This document shows positions 1-9,176 of a DNA stretch of 32,000 nt, piece by piece. The notes under the pieces are model-generated. The model made no database searches. It saw only the letters and a program-made list of their open reading frames with translations, and was not told the origin of the DNA. A program made the translations under genes and the position numbers. The stretch is taken from assembly GCA_951812855.1 (NCBI GenBank), contig OX638337.1:1080001-1112000 (forward strand), read 5' to 3'. Each line of letters starts with the position of its first letter. The first letter of the stretch is position 1. This DNA comes from an uncultured Lentisphaeria bacterium. GTDB taxonomy: Bacteria; Verrucomicrobiota; Lentisphaeria; JABSQK01; JAJFLO01.

Positions 1-358
1 TGGAGTGATGTCACAAAGATTACTGCGAACAATTTGCAAAAAATGTCAGGGGAAGGGTGTTGTATCTGATATTAAGGAAAAGCGTACAGGAACAGACCCC
101 AATGATAATGAGCCTTTAACCAAAAACTGCAGAAATTGTAATGGGTCTGGTTATCGCGGACGAGTTGGTATTTTCGAATTTTTGACTATAGATGAAGATA
201 TCAGGAAGGCCACCGGTCAAGGTGCTGATAATGCCGTTTTAAATAAGATTGCCTGTGATAACGGGATGATCGGATTACTCGAAAGTGGCAAAGAAAAGGT
301 TAAAAACGGAATTACTACCGAAGCTGAAGTAACACGCGTTTGTCAGCTTAGTATTTAG
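1..358 (+). CDS. C-terminal fragment of a GspE/PilB-family secretion ATPase (type II secretion or type IV pilus); 5' end lies outside the window
   Basis: The frame is open from the window edge to TAG at 356-358. It has the tetracysteine motif CKKC...CRNC followed by GYRGRVGIFEFL, typical of the C-terminal Zn-binding region of GspE/PilB ATPases. Confidence 0.8.
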   Translation, partial: GVMSQRLLRTICKKCQGKGVVSDIKEKRTGTDPNDNEPLTKNCRNCNGSGYRGRVGIFEFLTIDEDIRKATGQGADNAVLNKIACDNGMIGLLESGKEKVKNGITTEAEVTRVCQLSI

Positions 359-363
359 CTGCA

Positions 364-380
364 GATTTTAGCTTAAAATC
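364..380. terminator. Weak AT-rich hairpin between the convergent gspE-like and guaA genes; possible bidirectional terminator
   Basis: GATTTTA (364-370), loop GCT, TAAAATC (374-380) form a 7-bp perfect stem in the 26-nt gap between two convergent stop codons. Confidence 0.3.
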
Positions 381-384
381 CAAT

Positions 385-1932
385 TTACTCCCACTCAATG
401 GTTCCGGGAGGTTTTGAGCTGATATCATAACAGACCCGGTTTATACCGTGCACTTCATTGATGATTCTATTTGAAATTTTTGAAAGCAATTCGTGAGGTA
501 ATCGTGCCCAGTCAGCAGTCATGCCGTCAGAACTTTCAACGATTCTTAATGCAATCGCATTTTCATAGGTCCGCTCATCTCCCATAACACCTACACTTCT
601 GACAGGGAGTAAAACTGCAAATGACTGCCATACTCTGTAATAGAATTCTGCCCTTACCATTTCATCATGTACGATTTTATCAGCCTTTCGCAGAACATCG
701 AGTCCGACCTTGTCTACTGCACCAATGATCCTGACCGCAAGACCGGGTCCGGGAAAAGGCTGGCGCCAATTCAATTCTCCTGGTAATCCGAGTTGTCGAC
801 CGACCTCCCTGACTTCATCCTTGAACAATGTTCGCAGCGGTTCGATTAATTCCAGATTCATCGTTTCAGGCAATCCTCCTACATTGTGATGGCTCTTTAT
901 GACCGCACTCGGGTTGTCATTAATAGAAACGCTTTCGATAACATCCGGGTAGGTTGTTCCCTGTGCGAGATACACCACATTTTTAAATCGCTCAGCCACA
1001 TTATTAAATACTTCAATAAACTCGTGACCGATTATTTTTCGTTTAGATTCAGGTTCTGTTATACCCTCTAACTTCTGTAAAAACTGATCTGACGCATTTT
1101 CAACATGTAGATTGAGTAAAAAACGATTGCTGAATACTTCTTCAATAAATTCAGGTTCACCAGATCGAAGAAGTCCGTTATTTACAAAAACGCAAATTAA
1201 ATTGTCGCCAATCGCTTTCTGTAATAACAAAGCGGTTACAGATGAATCAACCCCCCCGCTTAAACCAAGAATGACCTTATCATTTTTTATCTTTGACTGC
1301 ATATCGGGGATCGTGGTTTCGATGAACGAACTCATAGACCAGTTTGCAGCACAACCACACACTGAGAAAACAAAATTATGCAATAATTTCATGCCGCACG
1401 GTGTATGTGCCACCTCGGGGTGAAATTGAATACCAAAAATTTTCTTGCTGTTATCCGCAATTGCTGCGTGCCTTGTATTTTCTGTTTCAGCGATTGATTC
1501 GAATTCAGAAGGTATCGAGAGAACTTTATCGGAATGACTCATCCAGACCCTTTGTTTATCACCGAGATCATGCAGTAATGGCGACGTTTCATTAATTATT
1601 AATTCCGCATGACCAAACTCTCTGTTGCTGGATGAATCGACTTTTCCTCCCAAAACGTGAACCATAAGTTGAAGGCCATAACAAATACCTAATATTGGAA
1701 TGTTTAAATTAAAAATTTCCGGATCAATTGCAGGTGCATTTTCGCTGTATACACTTGCGGGACCTCCACTTAAAATTATGCCTGATGGGTCAAGCAACTT
1801 TATCTTTTCAGCACTTGTATTATATCGAACGATAAGACTGTACACATTCAATTCTCGAATACGGCGAGCAATAAGTTGAGTATACTGTGAACCAAAATCT
1901 AAAATAATGATGCTTTTCGCAGGTACATCCAT
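385..1932 (-). CDS. guaA: GMP synthase (glutamine-hydrolysing)
   Basis: 515 aa. N-terminal class I amidotransferase domain (GICYGLQL catalytic Cys, FHPEV), ATP pyrophosphatase P-loop SGGVDSS, and a C-terminal dimerisation domain ending PPGTIEWE. Confidence 0.95.
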   Translation of the reverse strand: MDVPAKSIIILDFGSQYTQLIARRIRELNVYSLIVRYNTSAEKIKLLDPSGIILSGGPASVYSENAPAIDPEIFNLNIPILGICYGLQLMVHVLGGKVDSSSNREFGHAELIINETSPLLHDLGDKQRVWMSHSDKVLSIPSEFESIAETENTRHAAIADNSKKIFGIQFHPEVAHTPCGMKLLHNFVFSVCGCAANWSMSSFIETTIPDMQSKIKNDKVILGLSGGVDSSVTALLLQKAIGDNLICVFVNNGLLRSGEPEFIEEVFSNRFLLNLHVENASDQFLQKLEGITEPESKRKIIGHEFIEVFNNVAERFKNVVYLAQGTTYPDVIESVSINDNPSAVIKSHHNVGGLPETMNLELIEPLRTLFKDEVREVGRQLGLPGELNWRQPFPGPGLAVRIIGAVDKVGLDVLRKADKIVHDEMVRAEFYYRVWQSFAVLLPVRSVGVMGDERTYENAIALRIVESSDGMTADWARLPHELLSKISNRIINEVHGINRVCYDISSKPPGTIEWE

Positions 1933-2190
1933 TCAGTATCGAATCCTTTTCTGTGATTTTTTTATCCTGATCCGAAATTCCTCATTACAGGAGGGACACT
2001 CAACAACTGTTTCGGTTCGTTTTGAAATAAAGGTGAGATGACAGTTTTTACAGTTGCAAAGCTGTTCTTGTGAAACATTCCACTCGTAGGCTGACTCCTG
2101 CCAAAGCTGTCGCAACCAAAAAATGCAAAACACACCGACAGCAAATGTATTTGTGACTATAAAAAAATAATCAATACCAATCTTGAACAT
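1933..2190 (-). CDS. Small membrane protein: N-terminal TM helix plus C-terminal CxxC...CxxC zinc ribbon
   Basis: I prefer the ATG at 2190 over the longest-ORF start at 2256, because it gives a 20-nt rather than 86-nt overlap with the upstream gene. Hydrophobic segment FFIVTNTFAVGVFCIFWL, then CKNCHLTFISKRTETVVECPSCNEEFRI. Its TGA abuts the guaA ATG (TGAATG). Confidence 0.5.
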   Translation of the reverse strand: MFKIGIDYFFIVTNTFAVGVFCIFWLRQLWQESAYEWNVSQEQLCNCKNCHLTFISKRTETVVECPSCNEEFRIRIKKSQKRIRY

Positions 2191-3022
2191 GAATTGAATC
2201 TTTTGATTTAAGTGCTTCAGAAAAATCTGAATCGGGTAGGAAATGCCAATGCACATATAGAACCAATTGATCCTTCAAATTCAATATTGCATTTTTAGCA
2301 TTACCTGTAGATTGAACTTTAACTCTGGTTTTGTTGATATGCCGCAAGGCAATTTTATCAAGTTCATCATTTCCGGAAGACTCCAAAATCTGAGTCCGTA
2401 TTATTGATTTTTCACGAATCATCAGTATAACCGTTGGTCCATTAATTTTACCCGGTTCGATTGCTGATTTTTTCAGGTTGCTGAGAGGTTGTGTCAATGA
2501 TGGATAAACACGACCGTCTCTATTGGTCCAATATACATGATTTTCAATCTTCGGCATTTTTTCTTTTACATAGTCGATGTTGCTGGATCGCTGTGAATAG
2601 GCATTTGAAAATACAGAGATTAGTGATTTTGGAGACGTATTAATTTTCACTGGCTCATCTTGACTTTCAGATGTCAAGTCTATTTTGAAATCGACTTGTG
2701 AAACGACTCCTGCTTTCTTTGCGAACTCAAGATTTCGCACTTTGCTAAATCCAAAATTTGTACTTGGAAGCGACATTATTGTCGGATCCAGAAGTTCGAT
2801 GGTTGTAATGAGACTTCTTTGCCAATTATAATGTGGATTTTTTTCAATTGGAAGCATTGTTATTTCTGAAAGCGGTTTATTCGCCGAAGTATTTGTTGCC
2901 TTGATACCAAAATCAATTTTAAATAATGAGACAAATATTACAACAACGATTACGGTAATCCCCGCAGCAATAATGTAAGCTATATTGATTATTTCCTGAT
3001 TTTGATTTTCAATGACAGTCAT
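2171..3022 (-). CDS. Membrane-anchored TonB-like protein (atypical, no Pro-rich spacer)
   Basis: 283 aa with an N-terminal TM (IAYIIAAGITVIVVVIFVSLF). The C-terminal segment GPTVILMIREKSIIRTQILESSGNDELDKIALRHINK resembles the TonB C-terminal pattern (SSG...LD..A). It sits directly downstream of exbB-exbD. Confidence 0.45.
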   Translation of the reverse strand: MTVIENQNQEIINIAYIIAAGITVIVVVIFVSLFKIDFGIKATNTSANKPLSEITMLPIEKNPHYNWQRSLITTIELLDPTIMSLPSTNFGFSKVRNLEFAKKAGVVSQVDFKIDLTSESQDEPVKINTSPKSLISVFSNAYSQRSSNIDYVKEKMPKIENHVYWTNRDGRVYPSLTQPLSNLKKSAIEPGKINGPTVILMIREKSIIRTQILESSGNDELDKIALRHINKTRVKVQSTGNAKNAILNLKDQLVLYVHWHFLPDSDFSEALKSKDSIHVQDWY

Positions 3023-3031
3023 TTATTATCC

Positions 3032-3517
3032 TTATATTTTTTCCGTCTTAGTGACCAAAAATACATTTAATCCGTAACGTCGTGTTATTGACAAAATTTT
3101 AACAATATCGTTGTAGGGTACATCTTTATCCGCCTTGAGAATAATTATTGGTGACCGACTTATATCAAACTCAGTACCACGCCGCTGATTTGAATTCAGA
3201 TTGTATGCTACGTTGGCTAACCGTTGTTCCAAATGATGCCAGTTTTCCAATCGTTGATCATTAAAAAAAAGTAAATTTTGCTTCGTCAGTGAAATTATTA
3301 ATTTATCAGCCACACTCTTAAATTCTTGTCGGGTTTCAGGCAGATTAACCGTAATTCCGGGCTGGAATACCAACGAACTGCTTATCATAAAAAATATTAA
3401 TAGCAGAAAAATAACATCAACTAAAGGTGTGAGTGCTAAATTGGTTCCTGAAAGAATCTGCAAATTTGTTTTGAATAGAGACGTCTGACGCCTGAACTTA
3501 CTGAGTCTTGACTGCAT
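3032..3517 (-). CDS. exbD: Biopolymer transport protein ExbD/TolR family
   Basis: 161 aa. Single N-terminal TM with the conserved Asp (LTPLVDVIFLLLIFFMI), a periplasmic domain ending KADKDVPYNDIVKIL, and a 20-nt overlap with exbB. Confidence 0.85.
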   Translation of the reverse strand: MQSRLSKFRRQTSLFKTNLQILSGTNLALTPLVDVIFLLLIFFMISSSLVFQPGITVNLPETRQEFKSVADKLIISLTKQNLLFFNDQRLENWHHLEQRLANVAYNLNSNQRRGTEFDISRSPIIILKADKDVPYNDIVKILSITRRYGLNVFLVTKTEKI

Positions 3518-4157
3518 CCTGTTCAGTGGTTTCTATTTGCGGTTGAATTTCATTAAGAAAATACATAAGTTCGGAGGAGGCTTTTTCCATTTCCAATACA
3601 AAATGATCGATGCGGCCTATAAAAAAATTATAGAACCCATGGCATGGTATCGCAACTGTAAGCCCTGCTGCTGTACTTAACAATGCCTGCCAAATTCCTG
3701 CGGCTAAAGTTTTTGTATCTACAAAACTGCCAGACTGCTCCATGCTTTGAAACAGTGTTATCATTCCAATCACAGTACCCAACAGACCAAGTAATGGTGC
3801 CACATAAGCAATTCCCGCTAATGCCCGAAGGCTTTTCTCCATTCGGGGAATTTCAGCCAGGCCAGCTTCTTCGACAGCCTGTCTCATGCCTTTTTTACCT
3901 TTATCATTCCTTAATATCGCAGCCTTGAGAATCTGTGCGACAGGTCCCGGTGTGTCATCGCAAATAGATATGGCCTCAATGATGTTATTCCTTTTTAAAA
4001 CATTAATGACACCTTTCATGAATTCCGGAACATTGATTCGCACTCGATGAAAATAAAGTGCCCGTTCAATGATCATCACCAAAGAAACCAGGCCAAGCCC
4101 AAATATAATCCAGGTAATTGGCCCGCCTCTGAGGAGTAGTTCTAAAAATTGAGACAT
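3498..4157 (-). CDS. exbB: MotA/TolQ/ExbB proton channel family protein
   Basis: 219 aa with three TM segments and the C-terminal core APLLGLLGTVIGMI...ALLSTAAGLTVAIP typical of ExbB/TolQ. Confidence 0.9.
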   Translation of the reverse strand: MSQFLELLLRGGPITWIIFGLGLVSLVMIIERALYFHRVRINVPEFMKGVINVLKRNNIIEAISICDDTPGPVAQILKAAILRNDKGKKGMRQAVEEAGLAEIPRMEKSLRALAGIAYVAPLLGLLGTVIGMITLFQSMEQSGSFVDTKTLAAGIWQALLSTAAGLTVAIPCHGFYNFFIGRIDHFVLEMEKASSELMYFLNEIQPQIETTEQDAVKTQ

Positions 4158-4394
4158 AGATTAACTTTGTAATTATTATTTAAAAAATTAAGCAGAACGT
4201 AATAATACTTTAATTAAGTACTCAAATATACTCCGGACTTATCTCTTTGCAGAATTTTTGCTTAGGGAAAAACCGTCTGTCAACCTGAATAAACATTTCA
4301 TTCCCACACTTATCCTGCGTTTTTTATAATTGATACAGCGTTGAAGTACACAAATAAATTTTAGCGTACATAGTTAATTGTGCATTATTAGTTT

Positions 4395-5084
4395 CTAACT
4401 GCGATTCCCAAATATTGCCGAACCAATTCTGACAATTGTTGAATCTTCCTCAATTGCAATCTTAAAATCATTTGTCATTCCCATAGACAGTTCCTTAAGC
4501 GGAATTGAAAAATCTCTTGACAGTTCATCCCGAAACAAACGCAGCGATTGAAAAATTAAACGAATTTTTTCTTGTGACGCCGAATGGGGCGCCATTGTCA
4601 TTAAACCAATCAGGTTGATTGAATCCATACTCAAAATTTCAGGTATACAGGCCACCAGCTCATCCTGTCTAAAACCATATTTTGTTGATTCACCTGATAT
4701 ATTCATCTGAATTAATACCGATTGTACTTTTTCCAGCTGTTCGGCAATTTCATCTATTTTATCAAGTAACTTCAGCGAGTCGACAGAATGAATTAGTTTA
4801 CAATGTTTAACTGCGTCCTTTACCTTGTTGGTTTGCAAATGCCCAATCATATGCCATTTCAGTCTCTGAGTAATCTTCCCGGCTTTTTCACACAATTCCT
4901 GAACCCGGTTCTCCCCAAAAGAATCATGTCCCAAACGTAATGCTTCATTTATAGATTCGGCAGGATGATTTTTACTGACAGCGACTAATTGTATCTCATT
5001 AGGATCTCTGCCGCAGTCAATTGCACATTTCCGAATTTCCCCTTTAATAGAATTCAAATTGTGAGAAAGAGTTCCACTTTTCAT
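4395..5084 (-). CDS. yggS: YggS-family pyridoxal-phosphate homeostasis protein
   Basis: LVAVSKNHP (PLP lysine), FGENRVQE, WHMIGHLQTNKVK and SMGMTNDF motifs. The start is placed at the internal ATG (MKSGTLSHNL); the longer ORF adds 24 non-conserved residues. Confidence 0.85.
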   Translation of the reverse strand: MKSGTLSHNLNSIKGEIRKCAIDCGRDPNEIQLVAVSKNHPAESINEALRLGHDSFGENRVQELCEKAGKITQRLKWHMIGHLQTNKVKDAVKHCKLIHSVDSLKLLDKIDEIAEQLEKVQSVLIQMNISGESTKYGFRQDELVACIPEILSMDSINLIGLMTMAPHSASQEKIRLIFQSLRLFRDELSRDFSIPLKELSMGMTNDFKIAIEEDSTIVRIGSAIFGNRS

Positions 5085-5268
5085 AATGGTTGTACCAAAT
5101 AGAATTATCTGAGTTTTAAAACAAGTCCTATATGTATATAAAAAAACGGGAGTCAACTGATATGTTTAACGATAAAAAATAAATTTGTTATCTTTAGATT
5201 CTTGAAAAATATTTCAGTTGCATAAGTTTGTTTAGAATAACCCGAGTCAATCCAATACAAAATACATC

Positions 5269-5679
5269 ATGACAAAAAACAGAAGATACAGATATTCTTA
5301 CGAACAAGTCTTTCGGGACTGGTATGGTCAGGAAATGGGGTCACTGGAAATTGAATCCTATCAGAAAAGAGGAAAAAAATTAGAAAAAGTTCTTGATAAT
5401 GTTCTCGGAGATTTAGATCACGGCGATCAAATTCTTTTTCGAAAAATTATAGATGAATGGCCAAATTTGGTCAGTCCCGAAATTAGTCATGTTTCATCTC
5501 CCCGCAAAATTTATAATAATATATTATGTATTGAAGTTTATGATGCTCCGTGGCGATACAGTCTGGAACGTAATTTTAAATCAGAAATTCAGAAATTAAT
5601 TCAAAATTTATCGAATCAGAGAATAAAAACGATCCGTTTTGTGCCCGGAGGAAAAACGAGAACATTTAATCGGCAATAG
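5269..5679 (+). CDS. DUF721/DciA-like protein
   Basis: 136 aa. The pattern W-P-x-L-V-x-P-E-I-x-x-H, then ILCIEVYDAPWRYSLERNFKSEIQKLIQNL...IKTIRF, matches the DUF721 layout as I remember it. Confidence 0.6.
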   Translation: MTKNRRYRYSYEQVFRDWYGQEMGSLEIESYQKRGKKLEKVLDNVLGDLDHGDQILFRKIIDEWPNLVSPEISHVSSPRKIYNNILCIEVYDAPWRYSLERNFKSEIQKLIQNLSNQRIKTIRFVPGGKTRTFNRQ

Positions 5680-5688
5680 GGAAAAAGA

Positions 5689-6786
5689 ATGAAAAATACC
5701 AAAAATATTTTTGTTGCAGCAACTGGGCAGAACGTGGGTAAAACGACAACCTGTCTCGGTCTATACGACAAACTGATCAAAACCGGATTAAATTCTGGTT
5801 TCATCAAACCTGTCGGTCAACGATATTTAAGAGTTGGAGATATAAAAATCGATGAAGATTCTTATTTAATCCAGAAAATATACAATACTAAATGCCCTTT
5901 AAAACATATGAACCCTATTGCCGTGCCGCTGGGCTTTACCCAAGAGTACATTGATAACGGACGACATGAAAATTTATTACAAACGGTTTTTGACTCCTAT
6001 GGGGTTGTTCAAAAAGGTCGAGATTTTGTCCTGATCGAAGGAACCGGACATGCGGGTGTAGGATCAGTATTTGACATATCAAATGCTCTGGTAGCAAAAT
6101 CTCTACAAAGTAAAGTTATTATTGTAACTGATGGCGGTATTGGCAAGGCAATTGATTCTCTGATTTTGAATAAGTGTTTATTTGATTCACGTGACGTAGA
6201 CTTACTGGGCGTCATTGTGAATAAGGTATTCATTGAAAAATATGATAAAATTAAATATTACGTAGAGAAAAGTCTGAATCAAAAAGGCATTAAACTCCTG
6301 GGCGTAATCCCATTTCAAGATCAGTTAAATAATCCGAATCTTGAACAAATTAGAGAGGTACTCAACGGCACCTATATAACAGGCAAAAATCACAGTCAAA
6401 ATCCAGTTGAAAATATCATTGTCGGTGCTATGTCAGTGTCCAATATACTCAAACATATTAAACGACAAACATTGATAATAACCCCCGGTGACAGAGAAGA
6501 TTTAATCCTGGCGGCGTTAAGTTGGAATCTTTCAGAAACCAGTACCGTAAACCAGGTATCCGGAATTATTGTGACTGGAAATGTAAAACCAGGGAAAGTT
6601 GTCGGTCGGGTATTAAAGAAAAGTAAAATCCCTGTAATATTAGTAAAACACAATACCTTTTCAACCGCATCCATAGTTCATGATCTTAAAGTAAAAATCA
6701 AGGTCACGGATTCTGAAAAAATAAGACTGTCACAATATTTATTTGATAAGCACGTCGATTTTGACTATATCCTGGATAATTGTTGA
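5689..6786 (+). CDS. Stand-alone BioD-like P-loop plus DRTGG-domain protein (resembles the N-terminal regulatory half of phosphotransacetylase)
   Basis: 365 aa. P-loop ATGQNVGKTT in a BioD/CobQ-like fold (EGTGHAGVG), and a later ITPGDREDL segment matching the DRTGG motif region. No PTA catalytic domain is present. Confidence 0.6.
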   Translation: MKNTKNIFVAATGQNVGKTTTCLGLYDKLIKTGLNSGFIKPVGQRYLRVGDIKIDEDSYLIQKIYNTKCPLKHMNPIAVPLGFTQEYIDNGRHENLLQTVFDSYGVVQKGRDFVLIEGTGHAGVGSVFDISNALVAKSLQSKVIIVTDGGIGKAIDSLILNKCLFDSRDVDLLGVIVNKVFIEKYDKIKYYVEKSLNQKGIKLLGVIPFQDQLNNPNLEQIREVLNGTYITGKNHSQNPVENIIVGAMSVSNILKHIKRQTLIITPGDREDLILAALSWNLSETSTVNQVSGIIVTGNVKPGKVVGRVLKKSKIPVILVKHNTFSTASIVHDLKVKIKVTDSEKIRLSQYLFDKHVDFDYILDNC

Positions 6787-7556
6787 GGGGCCGCTCTTTG
6801 AACTCTCAACTGGGACATAATTTAATTTCATTAAAAACAATAGATTCAACAAATTTATATTGCGTTCGTAATTTGCAGTCATTGCCTTCAGGTACAGTTG
6901 TCGTTGCGGAAAATCAAACTAACGGCCGTGGCCGAAACGGGAGACATTGGCATTCTCCCAAAGGTAAAAATCTATATACTTCCATTCTGATTCATACCCA
7001 ACCAACAAGCCAACTCACCATGTTTGTTTCACAGGCAGCATCTCTTGCAGTCTATTCCACTGTCATTGATTTCAATCTGAACGATGTCTGGATAAAATGG
7101 CCAAATGATATCTATATCAACCAATTTAAAGTTGCGGGTATACTGAGTGAATGTCACAAATTACAAACTGATTCACTGGCGATTATTATTGGGATTGGTG
7201 TTAATCTGAATATGCGGCAGGAAGAATTAAAACAAATCGATAAACCCGCAGAGTCTCTGGGGTCTATTCTTAACAAAAAAATTGATGTTAATCATTTTCT
7301 GCAACAACTGATCAACCAATTAGATGAATTATTTCATGAAATAGAAACCAACGGACCTGATCGAATTTACACGTTATGGAAATCAGCGAGCCCGATAATT
7401 GGGAAAACAGTCAATGTATTTATAAGTTCTGCTGAAAGAGTTACCGGCACTGTTATTGATTTAGCTTATGATGGAGGTATCCTGATGCAATTAGCATCAG
7501 GTGAAAAAACAAAATTTCTTGCAGGTGATGTGTCACTTGCCTATGAACCGAAATAA
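6780..7556 (+). CDS. birA: Biotin--[acetyl-CoA-carboxylase] ligase, group I (no N-terminal HTH)
   Basis: GRGRNGRHWHSPKG signature, KWPNDIY, GIGVNL, and a C-terminal SH3-like tail. There is no in-frame ATG, so I infer a TTG start that overlaps the upstream stop by 7 nt. Confidence 0.85.
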   Translation: MLRGRSLNSQLGHNLISLKTIDSTNLYCVRNLQSLPSGTVVVAENQTNGRGRNGRHWHSPKGKNLYTSILIHTQPTSQLTMFVSQAASLAVYSTVIDFNLNDVWIKWPNDIYINQFKVAGILSECHKLQTDSLAIIIGIGVNLNMRQEELKQIDKPAESLGSILNKKIDVNHFLQQLINQLDELFHEIETNGPDRIYTLWKSASPIIGKTVNVFISSAERVTGTVIDLAYDGGILMQLASGEKTKFLAGDVSLAYEPK

Positions 7557-7931
7557 TAGTTCAGAATTAAAAAACCATGGTTAAAAGAAGAAAAATTGGC
7601 CCGGCATATAAACGCTCACCCGTGAAAAGACTCAACGAACAGTCCAATAAAAATTTACTCATTATGGGCTCAGCACTTTTTTAGGAGTTCTTTTTTGGTC
7701 GAGTGTAGATTGAGTTGCAGATGTCTTTTAAAATTTCATGGCAGCCAGCGGTGATGAAGCAAAGGGAAAACCATTTTCATCTAATGATACAATGTGGATC
7801 CTGGTGAAAATTTTTGGCAGTATCGGGGTATGTGCTATCCTAGCAAAAAATGCAAATAAATGAATATGCCCTGAAATAAGAGCATTAAACAAACGGTATA
7901 AAGTTAGACCAAACTAACACAGGGAGGAATA

Positions 7932-8723
7932 TTGATTATCTATATAATTATGATCTTAACAACCGGCTGCATGCTATGGGGAAACCAAAAGTATAAAAAT
8001 TCCGGTGTTGCCTGGGCTAGACCATTATCAGCTGTAATGGCATTAATAACAATGCTTTTGGCAATCACTCAAGCAATCATAATTATTAAAGCACCGGCGA
8101 AAAAGCGACAGGAGATTGTTGCAAAAGACAAGTTATTTTTAATTGCCGGGATTGAATCAACCTGCCGCTACCTGGTAGAGACCTACCCGGCATCAAATAT
8201 ATTGCTAATTTCAAAACCTGACTTACCCTCAACAATTTCCACAAATGAATCGATAATGCAAGCAGTAAATAAAGGATTGAGCGGGAAATACAAGAACCTT
8301 TCCACGGAATCTCCTCGACCTCCAATTTCAAGTATTCTCAACAATAACGAAGCCTCTGCGAGCGATATCAAATTTACTCCTGACAGTCTTGAGTTAATGT
8401 TGACTCTCCATCCAGAATCAAACGTAATACTTTCTCTAATCGGATTACCTGAAAATTTTGAAAAAATCAATCTATGGAAGATGAAACCAAAGGAGAGACC
8501 AAAATTCATCGTTATGTTTCCTGAAAGTCTATTGAAACTGAAACCCTATTTGAAAAAAGGATTAATCTCCGCAGTAGTAACATTTAATAACCGGTACAAA
8601 CCAAATTTTACAGAGAAACTTCCTGATGACAGCAACAAAACTTTCAAAAAAAGATTTCTACTCATAAATTCTAAAAATGTTGATCAAATTGGGATCGAAT
8701 TCCCTAATATCTTTGAGCCTTAG
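7932..8723 (+). CDS. Hypothetical membrane-anchored protein
   Basis: 263 aa. GGAGG lies 4 nt upstream of the TTG start. Two N-terminal hydrophobic segments. I recognise no family motif. Confidence 0.5.
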   Translation: MIIYIIMILTTGCMLWGNQKYKNSGVAWARPLSAVMALITMLLAITQAIIIIKAPAKKRQEIVAKDKLFLIAGIESTCRYLVETYPASNILLISKPDLPSTISTNESIMQAVNKGLSGKYKNLSTESPRPPISSILNNNEASASDIKFTPDSLELMLTLHPESNVILSLIGLPENFEKINLWKMKPKERPKFIVMFPESLLKLKPYLKKGLISAVVTFNNRYKPNFTEKLPDDSNKTFKKRFLLINSKNVDQIGIEFPNIFEP

Positions 8724-9176
8724 AAAGATAATGAGGAAGAAGAAGAGAAACCTAAATCAAAGAACTAAGAGTAATAAATTAGTCTGAAAATTACAATTTA
8801 ATCAATTAATCCTTAAATATGGCATAAGATGTTTTTAATAAGTCTGTTATGTTATATGCCGGCGACGTTTTTTGACCGTTATTTTAATAATTCATTAGTC
8901 TTTCCGGTCATTTTGATCGTTAAATTTTAGGAAAAACACAGTGCAAAGTCAATCGAAGGTTTCAAATCAACAGCAGTTTTTATGTCAGGGTCTGTCAGAG
9001 CTTAACCCTGACCATGCGTGGAAATAAATATTTTATATTATTTGACTAAAAAAAACTGATTTTTTAATTTTATGTCTTGAAATTTATTCAATACTGCTTC
9101 TTTTATGGATGTTTGATTTATAATATTTATTAGGATTCACAACTTAAAATTCAATAACAAGCAAGGAGAATCACAT

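Noticed and set aside
886-1595. Three + strand ORFs (886-1071, 1112-1423, 1344-1595) inside guaA
   Set aside because: They are antisense to a full-length, motif-complete guaA. Their translations are low-complexity with no motifs, which is the usual shadow-ORF pattern.
1962-2144. A 60-aa minus-strand ORF overlapping the zinc-ribbon ORF in another frame
   Set aside because: The alternative frame gives the TM plus CxxC...CxxC architecture and abuts the guaA start. This frame has no features.
3683-3928. An 81-aa + strand ORF inside exbB
   Set aside because: It is antisense to a well-supported MotA/TolQ/ExbB gene.
5616-6674. Minus-strand ORFs 5616-5807, 6009-6233 and 6396-6674
   Set aside because: They are antisense to the DUF721 and BioD-like/DRTGG genes and have no motifs.
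7577-7715. A small basic ORF, MVKRRKIGPAYKRSPVKRLNEQSNKNLLIMGSALF. It would extend into a clean TM helix (…ALFLGVLFWSSVD) if the T6 run at 7677-7682 were one T longer.
   Set aside because: This is suggestive of another homopolymer frameshift, but the ORF is tiny, has no recognisable family and no clear ribosome-binding site. It is too speculative to call.
8086-8509. Minus-strand ORFs 8086-8331 and 8183-8509
   Set aside because: They overlap each other and the + strand 263-aa ORF, which has a GGAGG ribosome-binding site and TM segments. I consider them shadow ORFs, although the + strand gene itself is only moderately supported.
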